This document shows, piece by piece, positions 30,471-41,098 of a stretch of 64,000 nt of DNA. Every line of letters begins with the position of its first letter. The stretch's first letter is position 1. The notes under the pieces are model-generated. The model did no database searches. It saw only the letters and a list, made by a program, of their open reading frames with translations, and was not told the origin of the DNA. Where the stretch lies: the NCBI GenBank assembly GCA_022826485.1, contig JAJDUU010000014.1:131254-195253 (forward strand). Direction: 5' to 3'. The DNA comes from Chloroflexota bacterium (GTDB lineage Bacteria > Chloroflexota > UBA11872). The position numbers and the translations under genes are program-made.

Positions 30471-31304
30471 CTAGCTTCCGGCCGTCTGCCCAAGAATGAC
30501 CTGGACCACGTCCACGTGCTCAAGCTGGACGAATGGTTCCACGATCGCCTGTCGCAGCACGCTGGTGGGAGAGACTTCGATGGCCACGATTCGTCCCACG
30601 GGAATGCCGCGCGGCAGGGAACCTCCCAGGCTGGAGGTCACGATCGGGTCGCCGACCATGATCTCGGCCTCGGCGTCGATGTGGCGCATCACCAGGTCGG
30701 CGCCGCTGGTGCCATCCAGTGTGCCGTCGGCCGTGGCGTCCTCTCCCTGAGCCAGCACGCTCACCGTGCTCTGCGGGCTGTGCACGGGCAGGACGTCGGC
30801 CGTGGTTTCGGTCACCTTGGTCACACGGCCGGCCAGCCCGCCGTTGGCCACCACGGCCATCCCCGCCCGGATGCCGTGCGATGCGCCGCGATCGATCACG
30901 ATCGTATCGAGCAGGTCCAGGCTGTCCCGTCCGACGATGCGCGCGGTGACGAGCCTCAGCTCGGGGTGCTCGTCCAGATACGCCAGGGCCTCTCGGAAGC
31001 GCTCGTTTTCGCGCTCGGCATGGCTGAGACGGGCGGCCTGCGCGCGAAGCTCGGCCACTTCCGCGTGCAGCGCGGCATTCTCCTCCCGCATCTCCCCAAA
31101 CTGCTCAAGGTCGGCCAGGGCGCGGGAGGCGCCGTTGGCCACCGTGGTAAAGGCGCTCCGCACGGGTTCCACCACGCGCAGCACCAGACCCTCCACCGGC
31201 ACGCTGGCGCCGGTGTTGTGCAGCATCGAAAGCACGATGGCCGCCACGATCAGCCCGACCAGGACAATCGCGGCTCGCTGGCCTCCGCGCATGCTCGTGA
31301 CCAC
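30471..31304 (-). CDS. mreC: Rod shape-determining protein MreC
   Basis: It has an N-terminal TM helix, a coiled coil (ENAALHAEVAELRAQAARL) and a beta domain. Confidence 0.8.
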   Translation of the reverse strand: MVTSMRGGQRAAIVLVGLIVAAIVLSMLHNTGASVPVEGLVLRVVEPVRSAFTTVANGASRALADLEQFGEMREENAALHAEVAELRAQAARLSHAERENERFREALAYLDEHPELRLVTARIVGRDSLDLLDTIVIDRGASHGIRAGMAVVANGGLAGRVTKVTETTADVLPVHSPQSTVSVLAQGEDATADGTLDGTSGADLVMRHIDAEAEIMVGDPIVTSSLGGSLPRGIPVGRIVAIEVSPTSVLRQAIVEPFVQLEHVDVVQVILGQTAGS

Positions 31305-32360
<1,056 letters not shown>

Positions 32361-32470
32361 CAGAACGCTTGCTCAGCTCTCCTGTTACGCGGGGCGTTCC
32401 GCTGACACGTTACGCAGAATAGCCATTCCCGGCCGTCAATCGAGTCGTCCGGGCGGCGGACCGCGCCGTG

Positions 32471-34858
32471 CTAGGCCACCAGGACGTGCGCGAGCGCTTC
32501 GTCCACCGTAGCCGCCAGGGCGAAGTCGAGGCCGCGCCGGGTGTCCGCGTCGAGCTCATCGAGGTCCTGCCGATTGCCATGCGGCAGCACGAAGGTCTCG
32601 ATGCCCGCACGTTGGGCGGCAAGGACCTTTTCCTTGATTCCACTCACCGGCAGCACCCGCCCGCGAAGCGTGATCTCGCCGGTCATCACAGCGCTGCCGC
32701 GGACCTTGCGGCGGGCCAGGGCCGAGACCAGCGCGGCGGCAATGGCCACCCCGGACGCCGGGCCTTCCTTCGGCAGCGCCCCCTGGGGCACGTGCACGTG
32801 AATGTCCGTGGCGTCGAAGTCGGAGCTGCCATAGCCGAACTCGTCGGCATGGGCTCGGGCATAGGTGATGGCGGCGTGCGCGGACTCTCGGATCACGTCG
32901 CCAAGGGAGCCTGTGAGCGTGACCCTGCCCGTGCCCTCGGCGATGGACACTTCGATCGGCAACAAGTCGCCGCCGGCCGGCGTGGTGAACACCGCGGTCG
33001 CCACGGCGGGCGCGTCTTCACTCTCGGCCTTGCCGAAGCGATATTTGGGCGGGCCGAGATACTCCGACACGTCCGCGGGGCGAATGTTCGGCTGCCCCTC
33101 GCGACCCTCGGCGCGGGCCAGGGTCTGCTTGCGGGCGATGGTGGCGATGGCGCGCTCCAGCTCGCGCACGCCCGCCTCGCGCGTGTAGGCCTGAACGATG
33201 CGCCGCAGCGTCTCCCGTTCGAATTGGAGCGCGGTGGCGTTCAGCCCGTGCTCACGCAGCTGCCGGGCGACCAGGAAATGCTCCGCGATGGCCACCTTTT
33301 CGTCCTCCACGTAGCCCGGAAGCTCAATCACCTCCATGCGGTCGACGAGCGCCGGCGGCAGGCCGTGCAGCGTGTTGGCCGTCGCGATGAACATGACCTT
33401 GCTCAGGTCGAAGGGCAGCTCCAGGTAGTGATCGCTGAAGGTGTGATTCTGCTCCGGGTCCAGCACTTCGAGCAGGGCGGCGGCGGGGTCGCCGCGAAAG
33501 TCCAGCCCGAGCTTGTCGATCTCGTCGATCATGAACACGGGGTTTACGGTCCCCGCTTCGCGCATCTTCTGCAGAATCCGTCCCGGCATGGAGCCCACGT
33601 AGGTCATGCGGTGGCCGCGAATCTCGGCCTCGTCGCGCACGCCGCCCAGCGACACCCGCACGAACGTGCGGCCCAGGGCTTCGGCGATGGAGCGGCCCAG
33701 GCTCGTCTTGCCGACGCCCGGCGGTCCCACGAAGCAGAGGATGGGGCTGCGGGAACGGCGCGCGAGATGGCGCACCGCGATGTATTCCAGCAAGCGCTCC
33801 TTGACGTCCTTCAGCCCGTAGTGATGCTGGTTCAGGATGTCCTCCGCCCGCGCCACGTCCGTCTTGTCCCTGGACCGCCGCCGCCACGGCAATTCCGTGA
33901 GCCACTCCAGGTAAGTGCGCAACACGCTGGTTTCAGGCGATCCATGGGGAAGCGCGTTGAGCCGGTCGATCTCCTTGAGTCCACGGGTGACGACGGCCTC
34001 GGGATAGGCGCCGGACTCCAGCCGTTCTCGAATGGCGGCGATCTCGGCGTTCTGCGCGTTGGTTTCCCCGATCTCTTTGATGATCGCTCGCATCTGCTCG
34101 CGCAGATAAAACTCACGCTGTTTGATGTCGACGTCGTTGCGCGTGCTTTCACGGATCTCTTGCTCGAGCCTGAGAACCTGAATCTCGCCGTCCAGCAGCG
34201 TGCGCACGCGATCCATCCGCTCTGCCACGTCACGCATTTCGAGCAGTGTTTGGTGATCGTCGAGCGAGAGTTCCAGCGACGCTGCCACCACGTCGGCGAG
34301 CAACCCGGGCGTCTCGGCGTTCATGGCGCGAATCTGCGCTTCTTCCGAAATGGTGTCGCTGAGCTTGGAGACGCGCTGGAAGAGCTTCAGCACCTTTGGC
34401 ATCGCCGCCCGTGAAGCCGCGGGGTCCTCGTCCAGATCCTCCACGACCTGACCCACGACACGCACGATGGGGTACTCGCTGATGACCGAGACCACGCGGA
34501 CGCGCCGCACGCCGTGCACGAGCACGCTCGTCGTCCCGTCCGGCAACCGAAGCATGCGGATGATCCGCGCCTCGGTCCCCATCTCGTGCAGGTCGTCGAA
34601 GCCGACTTCCTCCTTGTTGGGATCGCGCTGGGCCACGGCCAGAATGCGCCGGTCGCGGGCCAACGCGTCCTCGATGGCCGACACGGAGCCCTCGCGACCC
34701 ACGAGGAACGGCGTCATGGTCTCGGGGATGGGATAGAGCGACTCGGCGCGCAGCGGCAGCACCGGCAGCTCCACCCGGTCGGTGCCGGCCGCGTCCGGAT
34801 CGTCGGGTTCGATGATGTCGAACTCCGGCGGCAGCGGCTCGTGCTCGAGGAGCGTCAT
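32471..34858 (-). CDS. lon: ATP-dependent Lon protease
   Basis: The 795-aa ORF has a LON N-domain, the AAA+ motif GPPGVGKTS, and a catalytic Ser-Lys proteolytic domain. Confidence 0.95.
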   Translation of the reverse strand: MTLLEHEPLPPEFDIIEPDDPDAAGTDRVELPVLPLRAESLYPIPETMTPFLVGREGSVSAIEDALARDRRILAVAQRDPNKEEVGFDDLHEMGTEARIIRMLRLPDGTTSVLVHGVRRVRVVSVISEYPIVRVVGQVVEDLDEDPAASRAAMPKVLKLFQRVSKLSDTISEEAQIRAMNAETPGLLADVVAASLELSLDDHQTLLEMRDVAERMDRVRTLLDGEIQVLRLEQEIRESTRNDVDIKQREFYLREQMRAIIKEIGETNAQNAEIAAIRERLESGAYPEAVVTRGLKEIDRLNALPHGSPETSVLRTYLEWLTELPWRRRSRDKTDVARAEDILNQHHYGLKDVKERLLEYIAVRHLARRSRSPILCFVGPPGVGKTSLGRSIAEALGRTFVRVSLGGVRDEAEIRGHRMTYVGSMPGRILQKMREAGTVNPVFMIDEIDKLGLDFRGDPAAALLEVLDPEQNHTFSDHYLELPFDLSKVMFIATANTLHGLPPALVDRMEVIELPGYVEDEKVAIAEHFLVARQLREHGLNATALQFERETLRRIVQAYTREAGVRELERAIATIARKQTLARAEGREGQPNIRPADVSEYLGPPKYRFGKAESEDAPAVATAVFTTPAGGDLLPIEVSIAEGTGRVTLTGSLGDVIRESAHAAITYARAHADEFGYGSSDFDATDIHVHVPQGALPKEGPASGVAIAAALVSALARRKVRGSAVMTGEITLRGRVLPVSGIKEKVLAAQRAGIETFVLPHGNRQDLDELDADTRRGLDFALAATVDEALAHVLVA

Positions 34859-35550
34859 GGGACCTGGCTGATATCCGGGACCGAGCGCCCAATCTGGCGC
34901 AGGAACTCCAGCGGGTTATCCGTCACCACCGTCTCGGTTTCGTCGGCGTTCAAGCCCGCCCCGCGCGCGACGCGGCGGGCCAAGGGCTCCGAAAGCAAAT
35001 CGCCCGGGGCGTGCGCATCGCTGTTGACGAGCAGCCGAGCTCCGGACGACCGCGCCAGCGCGGCCACGTGTCCGTTCGTGAGCGAGTGCCCCCGGCGCGC
35101 CGACAGCTCCAGCCACTTGCCGTTGCGTTGCGCCAGCTGCGCCAACTCCGGGCTCAGCAGGCCTGGGTGAACCAGCGCGTGCACGTAGTCGGACTCCAAC
35201 GCGGCGCGGTTGGTGCCGGCGGCGACCGGTTCGGCGATGGTCTCGCCGTGAACGGCCACAAGCTCGGCGCCGGCCTCGGCGGCCTGTCGCGCCACCGCGT
35301 CGATCTCGCCCGGCGGCACGTGAGTGATCTCGACGCCCGGCATGGCCACGATGCCCCAGGCCTCCTCGGCGATGCGGCAATCGCGGGCGAGGGCCGACAC
35401 CAGCATGTCGACGTTGGCGGGGCTGGCGTGATCCGTCATGGCCACGGCCGTGTAGCCCGCGACGTGACAACGCCGCAAAAGCTCGATCGGCGAAAGCTCG
35501 CCATCGCTCAAGAAGGTGTGCGTGTGGAAATCGAAGAGCACGAAGAGCAC
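34855..35550 (-). CDS. PHP-domain (histidinol-phosphatase family) metal-dependent phosphoesterase
   Basis: It begins VLFVLFDFHTHTFLSDGE, the HxH PHP motif, with conserved His residues further on. The table ORF starts too early and would collide with the divergent nudix gene. Its stop overlaps the lon ATG. Confidence 0.7.
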   Translation of the reverse strand: MLFVLFDFHTHTFLSDGELSPIELLRRCHVAGYTAVAMTDHASPANVDMLVSALARDCRIAEEAWGIVAMPGVEITHVPPGEIDAVARQAAEAGAELVAVHGETIAEPVAAGTNRAALESDYVHALVHPGLLSPELAQLAQRNGKWLELSARRGHSLTNGHVAALARSSGARLLVNSDAHAPGDLLSEPLARRVARGAGLNADETETVVTDNPLEFLRQIGRSVPDISQVP

Positions 35551-35676
35551 GCTGAGAGTCCGGGAGGCCCCTGATTCTATGAGGCTGCACGCCGGAGACT
35601 CAATGGGCTTCGGTCTGGCGTCCGTGAGCGCCCGCTGCAACCCCGGCGGCGCCATGCGCGCCGGTACTATGGCGCG

Positions 35677-36159
35677 ATGAGCCCGATTCCCGCGCGCTAC
35701 AACACCGGCTACAACGTCGGGGTGGGCGGCGCCGTGGTCGACGGCGACCGCGTCCTGCTGGTGCGCCGCGCCACCGCCCACGGGCGCGGCACCTGGCAGA
35801 TTCCGGGCGGTTTCTGCGAATCCGATGAGACGCTGCCCGAAGCCGCCGTGCGCGAGGTCGAGGAGGAAGCCGGCCTCTCCACGGAGGTCCAAGGGCTGCT
35901 GGCGGTGCGCTCGCGGCACGGCGAAGACCACTCCACGTACGTGGTCTTCCTGCTCCGGCGCGTGGCCGGCGAGCCCGCCCCCGGCGAAGAGGTCGACGCC
36001 GCGCGCTTCTTCACGCTCGAAGAGATCGACGAGCTGGACAAGGTTCCGGAAATCAACCGCGCCATCGCGGCGCGGGCGCTCAGCCCCTCGCGCGAACTAC
36101 TCCAACGCGCCGCCGTCGAGTCGCCGATTCCTGGGCCCTACGACCTCTTTCTGGGCTAG
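35677..36159 (+). CDS. NUDIX hydrolase
   Basis: It contains the Nudix box GGFCESDETLPEAAVREVEEEAGL. Confidence 0.8.
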   Translation: MSPIPARYNTGYNVGVGGAVVDGDRVLLVRRATAHGRGTWQIPGGFCESDETLPEAAVREVEEEAGLSTEVQGLLAVRSRHGEDHSTYVVFLLRRVAGEPAPGEEVDAARFFTLEEIDELDKVPEINRAIAARALSPSRELLQRAAVESPIPGPYDLFLG

Positions 36160-36164
36160 ACGCG

Positions 36165-36980
36165 TTAGACCAAAGCGAGCGGACGCACCGGCGAACCGGT
36201 GGCGCCCACCAGCTTGAGCGGCGAGAGGATGAAGCCGAACTCGTAGACACCGTCCGCGGCCAGGGTCTCCAGATCGGCCATCTCGAGAATGTGGATCCCA
36301 TTGCGCGCCAGGAAGATCTGATGCACCGGCATGGCCGCGCCGGGAATGACCTGCTCGAACGCCGCCGTGTCCGATCCGCCCAGGAATATCCCGCGCTCGA
36401 CCAGCCACTCGGCGGCGTCGGCATTGACGCCGGGCTGACCGTCGGCTTCGGCCAGATACGCCGGTGGGTCGCCCCAATGGCGCATCCACCCGGTGCGCAC
36501 CAGGACGCAATCGCCGGCCTGAATTTCCACGCCCTGGGCCTTGGCCACGCTTTGCAGGACCTCGGCATCGGCCCCGTAGTCGGGCGGCAGGATGTCCACG
36601 CCCTCCGCACCCGCCACGTCGAGCAGCACGCCGCGCCGCACCACCGGCTCAATGGTCTCCACGCCGATGGTCTTCATGCCCCGGCCGCCCTGCTGGTTGC
36701 AGCCGGCGTCCACGCCGCCGAATAGCTTTCCGTGCTCGGAGACGTGCGCGAGCGAGTCGATGTGCGTGCCGGTGTGGCCGCACATGACGATCAGCTCGTT
36801 GGACGAGCTGTAGCCGCCGGGGCGGAAGGTGTCGCCGTGGCGGCGCTGCAGGGTGAAGATGTAGGGCGGATGAGCCGGATGCACCGGCATGTCCATCTCG
36901 TAGCGCGTGCCGAGGTCGTACACGCGCGACGACGCGAGCCGGTCGATCATTCCGGGATTGGCTGTGGTTGCCTGAGCCAT
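36165..36980 (-). CDS. Cyclase-family protein (kynurenine formamidase-like, PF04199)
   Basis: It carries the cyclase signature CGHTGTHIDSLAH (HxGTHxDxPxH). Confidence 0.75.
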   Translation of the reverse strand: MAQATTANPGMIDRLASSRVYDLGTRYEMDMPVHPAHPPYIFTLQRRHGDTFRPGGYSSSNELIVMCGHTGTHIDSLAHVSEHGKLFGGVDAGCNQQGGRGMKTIGVETIEPVVRRGVLLDVAGAEGVDILPPDYGADAEVLQSVAKAQGVEIQAGDCVLVRTGWMRHWGDPPAYLAEADGQPGVNADAAEWLVERGIFLGGSDTAAFEQVIPGAAMPVHQIFLARNGIHILEMADLETLAADGVYEFGFILSPLKLVGATGSPVRPLALV

Positions 36981-37102
36981 GGCTGAATCCTTCGGGGGCA
37001 CATCGAGGGCGGGGCCGGTTCCCGCCATAGTGGCGCACCGCGTCGCTTCCGGACCACCGGGCCACGCGTAGAATCTTGCGTCCGCCCACGCCGAGCGATG
37101 CC

Positions 37103-38164
37103 ATGGACACCGAAAGCGTCACGCTGCGGAACGGCGAGCGCCTGCGGATCGAGCGCCTCCTCCCGCCGATGGACACGTTCGGCGGCCGGGTCCGCACCTG
37201 GGACCCGCTTCAAGACGATCTGTTCAGCGGGGCGCTGGCCGAGACGCTCTACACGCCGCATTTCGTGGGAACCATCGACGGCGAATGTGCCGGTTCGCTG
37301 GGCTACTACGTCCCCGCCGACACGCGCGACGTGGGCATCGTGGAGTTCGTGGCGACCGAGGACCGGCACCGCCGCAAGGGTGTGGCCGACGCGCTCATGT
37401 CGCGCATGCTGCGGGAGTTCGTGGCGAACGGCGGCCAGGCGCTCCATCTCTGCACCACCAATCCGGTGGCCGGCCACCTCTACGAGAACCACGGGTTCTG
37501 GTATCGCGTCGGCGACGGCATGCGTTTCTCGGTGGTGGACGCGCACGAGTTCGACGCGACGTATCTGGCGTTCGACGGCGAGCCCACGGTGCGGAACGCG
37601 GTCTGGGGCGATCTGCCGCGCGCGGCCATCCTCTACAACCTGCCCCAGCCGGCCTGGCTGCTCAAGGAGGTGCTGGACAACTGTCTCCGCGACACGCGTT
37701 ATGAGTACCACTTCGCCCGCCTCATGCTCCGCGTCCAGAATTCGCAGGGCGCCGTGCTGGTTCTGGCCACGCCCAGGAACCGCGTGGCGGGGCAAACGGT
37801 TTTCGTGCGCCGCGACACGTTCCCGCAGCAGCACGTGGCCACGCTCTCGCTGCGCGTGGCGCCGGCGTACATGGACCATGCCGTCGATCTGCTGCGTGCC
37901 GCGGTCGACCGGGCCGGGGAGATCGGCGTGAGCGTGCTTGAGTTCCCCATCGCGGCCTCCGACGCGGACCTCGCGGCCATCGCAAGCGCCGCCGGTTTCA
38001 GCGAGGCGGCGCGCTTGCCGAACCGCATCCGCGACGGAGACGCCTGGGTCGATCTGTGCCTGTTCGAACTCGTGCTCGGCCCGCCCGCCCGCGCCTTCCA
38101 CGCGTCCGAAACCTATTACGCCAATCGCCACCCCTGGCACGTGGAGCGCATCGCCGAGGGGTGA
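37103..38164 (+). CDS. GNAT family N-acetyltransferase, two-domain
   Basis: It has acetyl-CoA motif A (RHRRKGVADALM) and the ...NHGFWYRVG region, with a second GNAT-like half. Confidence 0.7.
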   Translation: MDTESVTLRNGERLRIERLLPPMDTFGGRVRTWDPLQDDLFSGALAETLYTPHFVGTIDGECAGSLGYYVPADTRDVGIVEFVATEDRHRRKGVADALMSRMLREFVANGGQALHLCTTNPVAGHLYENHGFWYRVGDGMRFSVVDAHEFDATYLAFDGEPTVRNAVWGDLPRAAILYNLPQPAWLLKEVLDNCLRDTRYEYHFARLMLRVQNSQGAVLVLATPRNRVAGQTVFVRRDTFPQQHVATLSLRVAPAYMDHAVDLLRAAVDRAGEIGVSVLEFPIAASDADLAAIASAAGFSEAARLPNRIRDGDAWVDLCLFELVLGPPARAFHASETYYANRHPWHVERIAEG

Positions 38165-38284
38165 AGCAAGCCGGTTCAGACCCGTTGGATCATGTCTGGC
38201 TCCGGCGGAACTCTGCAATCGCCCGGGTAATCACGCTGCTTTGGAATGGTTTGGCGCGCGGTCATCGTCCGCCACCAGCGGCTC

Positions 38285-40279
38285 TCAACTCCGGGCATCG
38301 AACGCGTCTCGAAGACCGTCAGCAATCAGGTGGACTGATAGAACCAAGAGAACAATCGGTACCGCAGGCGTTATCCAGCCCTGGACGGCGAAAAGGGAAT
38401 TGCCCGGCATTTGCGAGACCATCAGTCCCCAATTGACGGCTGGGTCGGGACTGCCAAGGCCAAGGAAACTCAGTGTGGCGTCTGTCAAGAGCGCTCCGGC
38501 CAGCCCATAGGCAGCGGCCACCGCCACCGGGCCCGAAAGATTCCTAAGCACAAGACGCGCGATGTCCGGTCGCTCGTCTTCGGTCGCCAGCGAATCCGCA
38601 GCATCAGCCGAGTGTCGCTGGATGAGGACCTGGCGGCGGACCAGACGTGCAATCCCTGGCCAACTGATGATCCCAATGATCAAGGCCACAGTCCCAGCTC
38701 CGAAAGCCACGAATATTGGGACCACGAGGAATATCGCTAGGAGCAACGGCGGGAAGGTCATGCCGAGATCGGTGACCCGCATGAGGACGCTGTCGATAAA
38801 TCCGCCACGAAGGCCCGCGATTGCACCAACAGCGAAGCCGATGACCAGGCTGATCGCCACCGCTGCCACGCCCACCGATAGTGCTGTGCGCGCACCGTGC
38901 AGCAGCAGGCTAAAGATGTCGCGACCAAAGCGGTCGGTCCCGAGCCAATGGGAAGCGCTTGGTTCCGCCATTGAGCTCAGCGGGACGGCGTCATGCGGAT
39001 CATGAGGGGCCGCCAGCGGCCCGAGCACGGCGATTGCGACGAACCCCAGAAGCATGACGAAACCGGCGACGGCCGGACGGCTGGACAGAAAGCGACGCCG
39101 CGCGATGCTCCATGGACGGTGCGCCAAGGGGCGGTCGAGCAGTTCAAGCGGTGGGCCGAACTGTCGCCCGGCGGCGCCGTGGCTGGCCGTCGCCGGCTCG
39201 CCGGTGGCGGGCGTGGAGCTTCGAGAGGAACCGCGAACGCGCGGGTCCAGCCAACCGTAAGCCACGTCGCTGAGGAGCCTCACAGCCAGCACCGCGACTG
39301 CGGCAACGAGCAGAGCCGCGGTTTGTACCGGGTAATCACGCTCCACCAATGCGGTGACCGTGAGCCCACCCAAGCCTGGCCATCCGTGCATCATCTCGAC
39401 GACGATAGCGCCGCCTATGAGAGATGGGAGATAGAGGCTCAGATTCCTCACCAAGCGCAGCCCAGCACTGCGGAGCACGTGCCCTGAGCTAATCGGTGTC
39501 TCACTTGAGTCCTCGGCAGGTTCGGTCTGCTCGGAACTTCCGGAGCGCGGAGCCCTGATCGATTGCTGTGTGTGGCGCATGTGCATCGCTATGCACGGCA
39601 GCGCCAAGGCTGCGGTCGGTATGAGGGCGGCGTGAAGCGTTGTCAGACTGAAAGATCCGCCAGTGCCCGGCAGTCCACCAATCCCGAAGGCAGGCAGCCA
39701 TCCCAGTCGAATGATGAGTGTGTGAATCCCCCAGAGGACAATGAGTATCGGTGGGATTGAAGCCAGGAGGACAGGGATTGCACCGAGCGAACGGACTAAG
39801 CTTGATTCTCGGAACTTTGCCGAAATCACACCAAATGCAGTCCCTATTGCTGCGGCAACGATGAGTGCAAACGAGACAAGTGTCAATGTGACTTTGGCTG
39901 CCTCTCCGACTATGTCGGAAACCTGGCGGTAGCTCTCAATTGAATCGCCTAGATTGCCGGTCAGAATCTCCTTCATCCAGAATATATAGCGCACTGGACC
40001 TGGAGATTCATCGCCGAATCGGCGCTGCAATTCCTTGCGATCTTCCCCCGATTTCCACGCTTGATCTTGTCCGGAAGACCGCGCCTGCTCTTGTCCTAGA
40101 ATCCCCGCTCGATCTTGGATGGAAAGCGCCACTTGATCGTAACGTCCGAAGAGATTGACAACAGGATCGCCGGGAATCATGCTTGCCAACAGAAAAACAA
40201 CGACTGAAACTCCCAGAAACAATTGGATTGAGATGAGCAAACGTTGAAAAATGTATTTGGCCATTGTCCCAGAACTCAA
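38285..40279 (-). CDS. Fused ABC transporter permease (DppB/OppB-like N-terminal half plus DppC/OppC-like C-terminal half). It is an orphan with no cognate ATPase or binding protein nearby.
   Basis: The N-terminus begins MAKYIFQRLLISIQLFLG...MIPGDPV. The second half has the GTDRFGRDIFS motif of OppC, and both halves carry EAA-like loops. Its 5' half is about 50% GC. Confidence 0.8.
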   Translation of the reverse strand: MSSGTMAKYIFQRLLISIQLFLGVSVVVFLLASMIPGDPVVNLFGRYDQVALSIQDRAGILGQEQARSSGQDQAWKSGEDRKELQRRFGDESPGPVRYIFWMKEILTGNLGDSIESYRQVSDIVGEAAKVTLTLVSFALIVAAAIGTAFGVISAKFRESSLVRSLGAIPVLLASIPPILIVLWGIHTLIIRLGWLPAFGIGGLPGTGGSFSLTTLHAALIPTAALALPCIAMHMRHTQQSIRAPRSGSSEQTEPAEDSSETPISSGHVLRSAGLRLVRNLSLYLPSLIGGAIVVEMMHGWPGLGGLTVTALVERDYPVQTAALLVAAVAVLAVRLLSDVAYGWLDPRVRGSSRSSTPATGEPATASHGAAGRQFGPPLELLDRPLAHRPWSIARRRFLSSRPAVAGFVMLLGFVAIAVLGPLAAPHDPHDAVPLSSMAEPSASHWLGTDRFGRDIFSLLLHGARTALSVGVAAVAISLVIGFAVGAIAGLRGGFIDSVLMRVTDLGMTFPPLLLAIFLVVPIFVAFGAGTVALIIGIISWPGIARLVRRQVLIQRHSADAADSLATEDERPDIARLVLRNLSGPVAVAAAYGLAGALLTDATLSFLGLGSPDPAVNWGLMVSQMPGNSLFAVQGWITPAVPIVLLVLSVHLIADGLRDAFDARS

Positions 40280-40507
40280 TTCATATGATCATTTCAGCTT
40301 CGCTACGACAGCCGACGTTAAACTCAGCGAGTCTATCTAGATCGCGTATCTCCGGCAAGTTCGTGCCTCGCATGGCGTGGATGGAGCCACGGCTTGGCAT
40401 AAAATTGCAGCGCAGGATTGGCGCGCGGCGACCGTCCGCGGTTATTCGGACGGGCCGTGGTGCGATTCAGCTCACGCTTAGACGCACGGTGATGCCGTGG
40501 TACGCGG

Positions 40508-41098
40508 CTACTCCGCCAGATAGCCCCGCTGGACGGCCTCGTCGATCAGCTCTCGCGCGTATTCCCAAAGCTCCGGCGCGCCGTCGGCGATGGTGGCGTT
40601 CACGGCCATCACTTGGGCTCGGCGCACGCCGTGCTTGCGCCAGGCGTGGCCCTGGGTGTGGAAGTTGAGCAGCAGCGGTTGCAGGCGGTCCAGCGTGAAG
40701 GCGAACCTGGCTTCGGGCGTCTGCCGCGCTTCGAACTCCTCCCACGCCTCGCGCAGCGCGGCCGCCTGATCGGGCGGCAGGAGGCCGAAGATGCGGTCGG
40801 CCGCGGCGCGTTCTTTCTCGGCTTGCCGCTCGCGGGCCGCGATGTCGTAGATGAAGGTGTCGCCGGCGTCGATCTCGACCAGGTCGTGGACCAACAGAAT
40901 CTCGATCACCCGATAGACGTCGATCTCCTCGCGCGCGTACTCGGCAAGCAGTCGCGCCATCACCCCCAGGTGCCAGGCGTGCTCGGCGTCGTTTTCGCGG
41001 CGGCCCGCCTCGATGACCAACGAGTTGCGCAGGATGGACTTGGCCTTGTCGATCTCGACGATGAACGCGAGCTGACGCTGCAGTCGGTCGGTCGTCAC
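40508..41098 (-). CDS. HD-domain phosphohydrolase (YfbR-like 5'-deoxynucleotidase)
   Basis: It contains HAWHLGVMA ... LLVHDLVEIDAGD (the HD motif). Confidence 0.75.
   Translation of the reverse strand: MTTDRLQRQLAFIVEIDKAKSILRNSLVIEAGRRENDAEHAWHLGVMARLLAEYAREEIDVYRVIEILLVHDLVEIDAGDTFIYDIAARERQAEKERAAADRIFGLLPPDQAAALREAWEEFEARQTPEARFAFTLDRLQPLLLNFHTQGHAWRKHGVRRAQVMAVNATIADGAPELWEYARELIDEAVQRGYLAE

Noticed and set aside
40280-40507. Remnant gene or ncRNA between the fused permease and the HD hydrolase, including table ORF 40264..40668
   Set aside because: That ORF is a wrong-strand Arg-rich artefact. No start/RBS context and no recognisable structure were seen.
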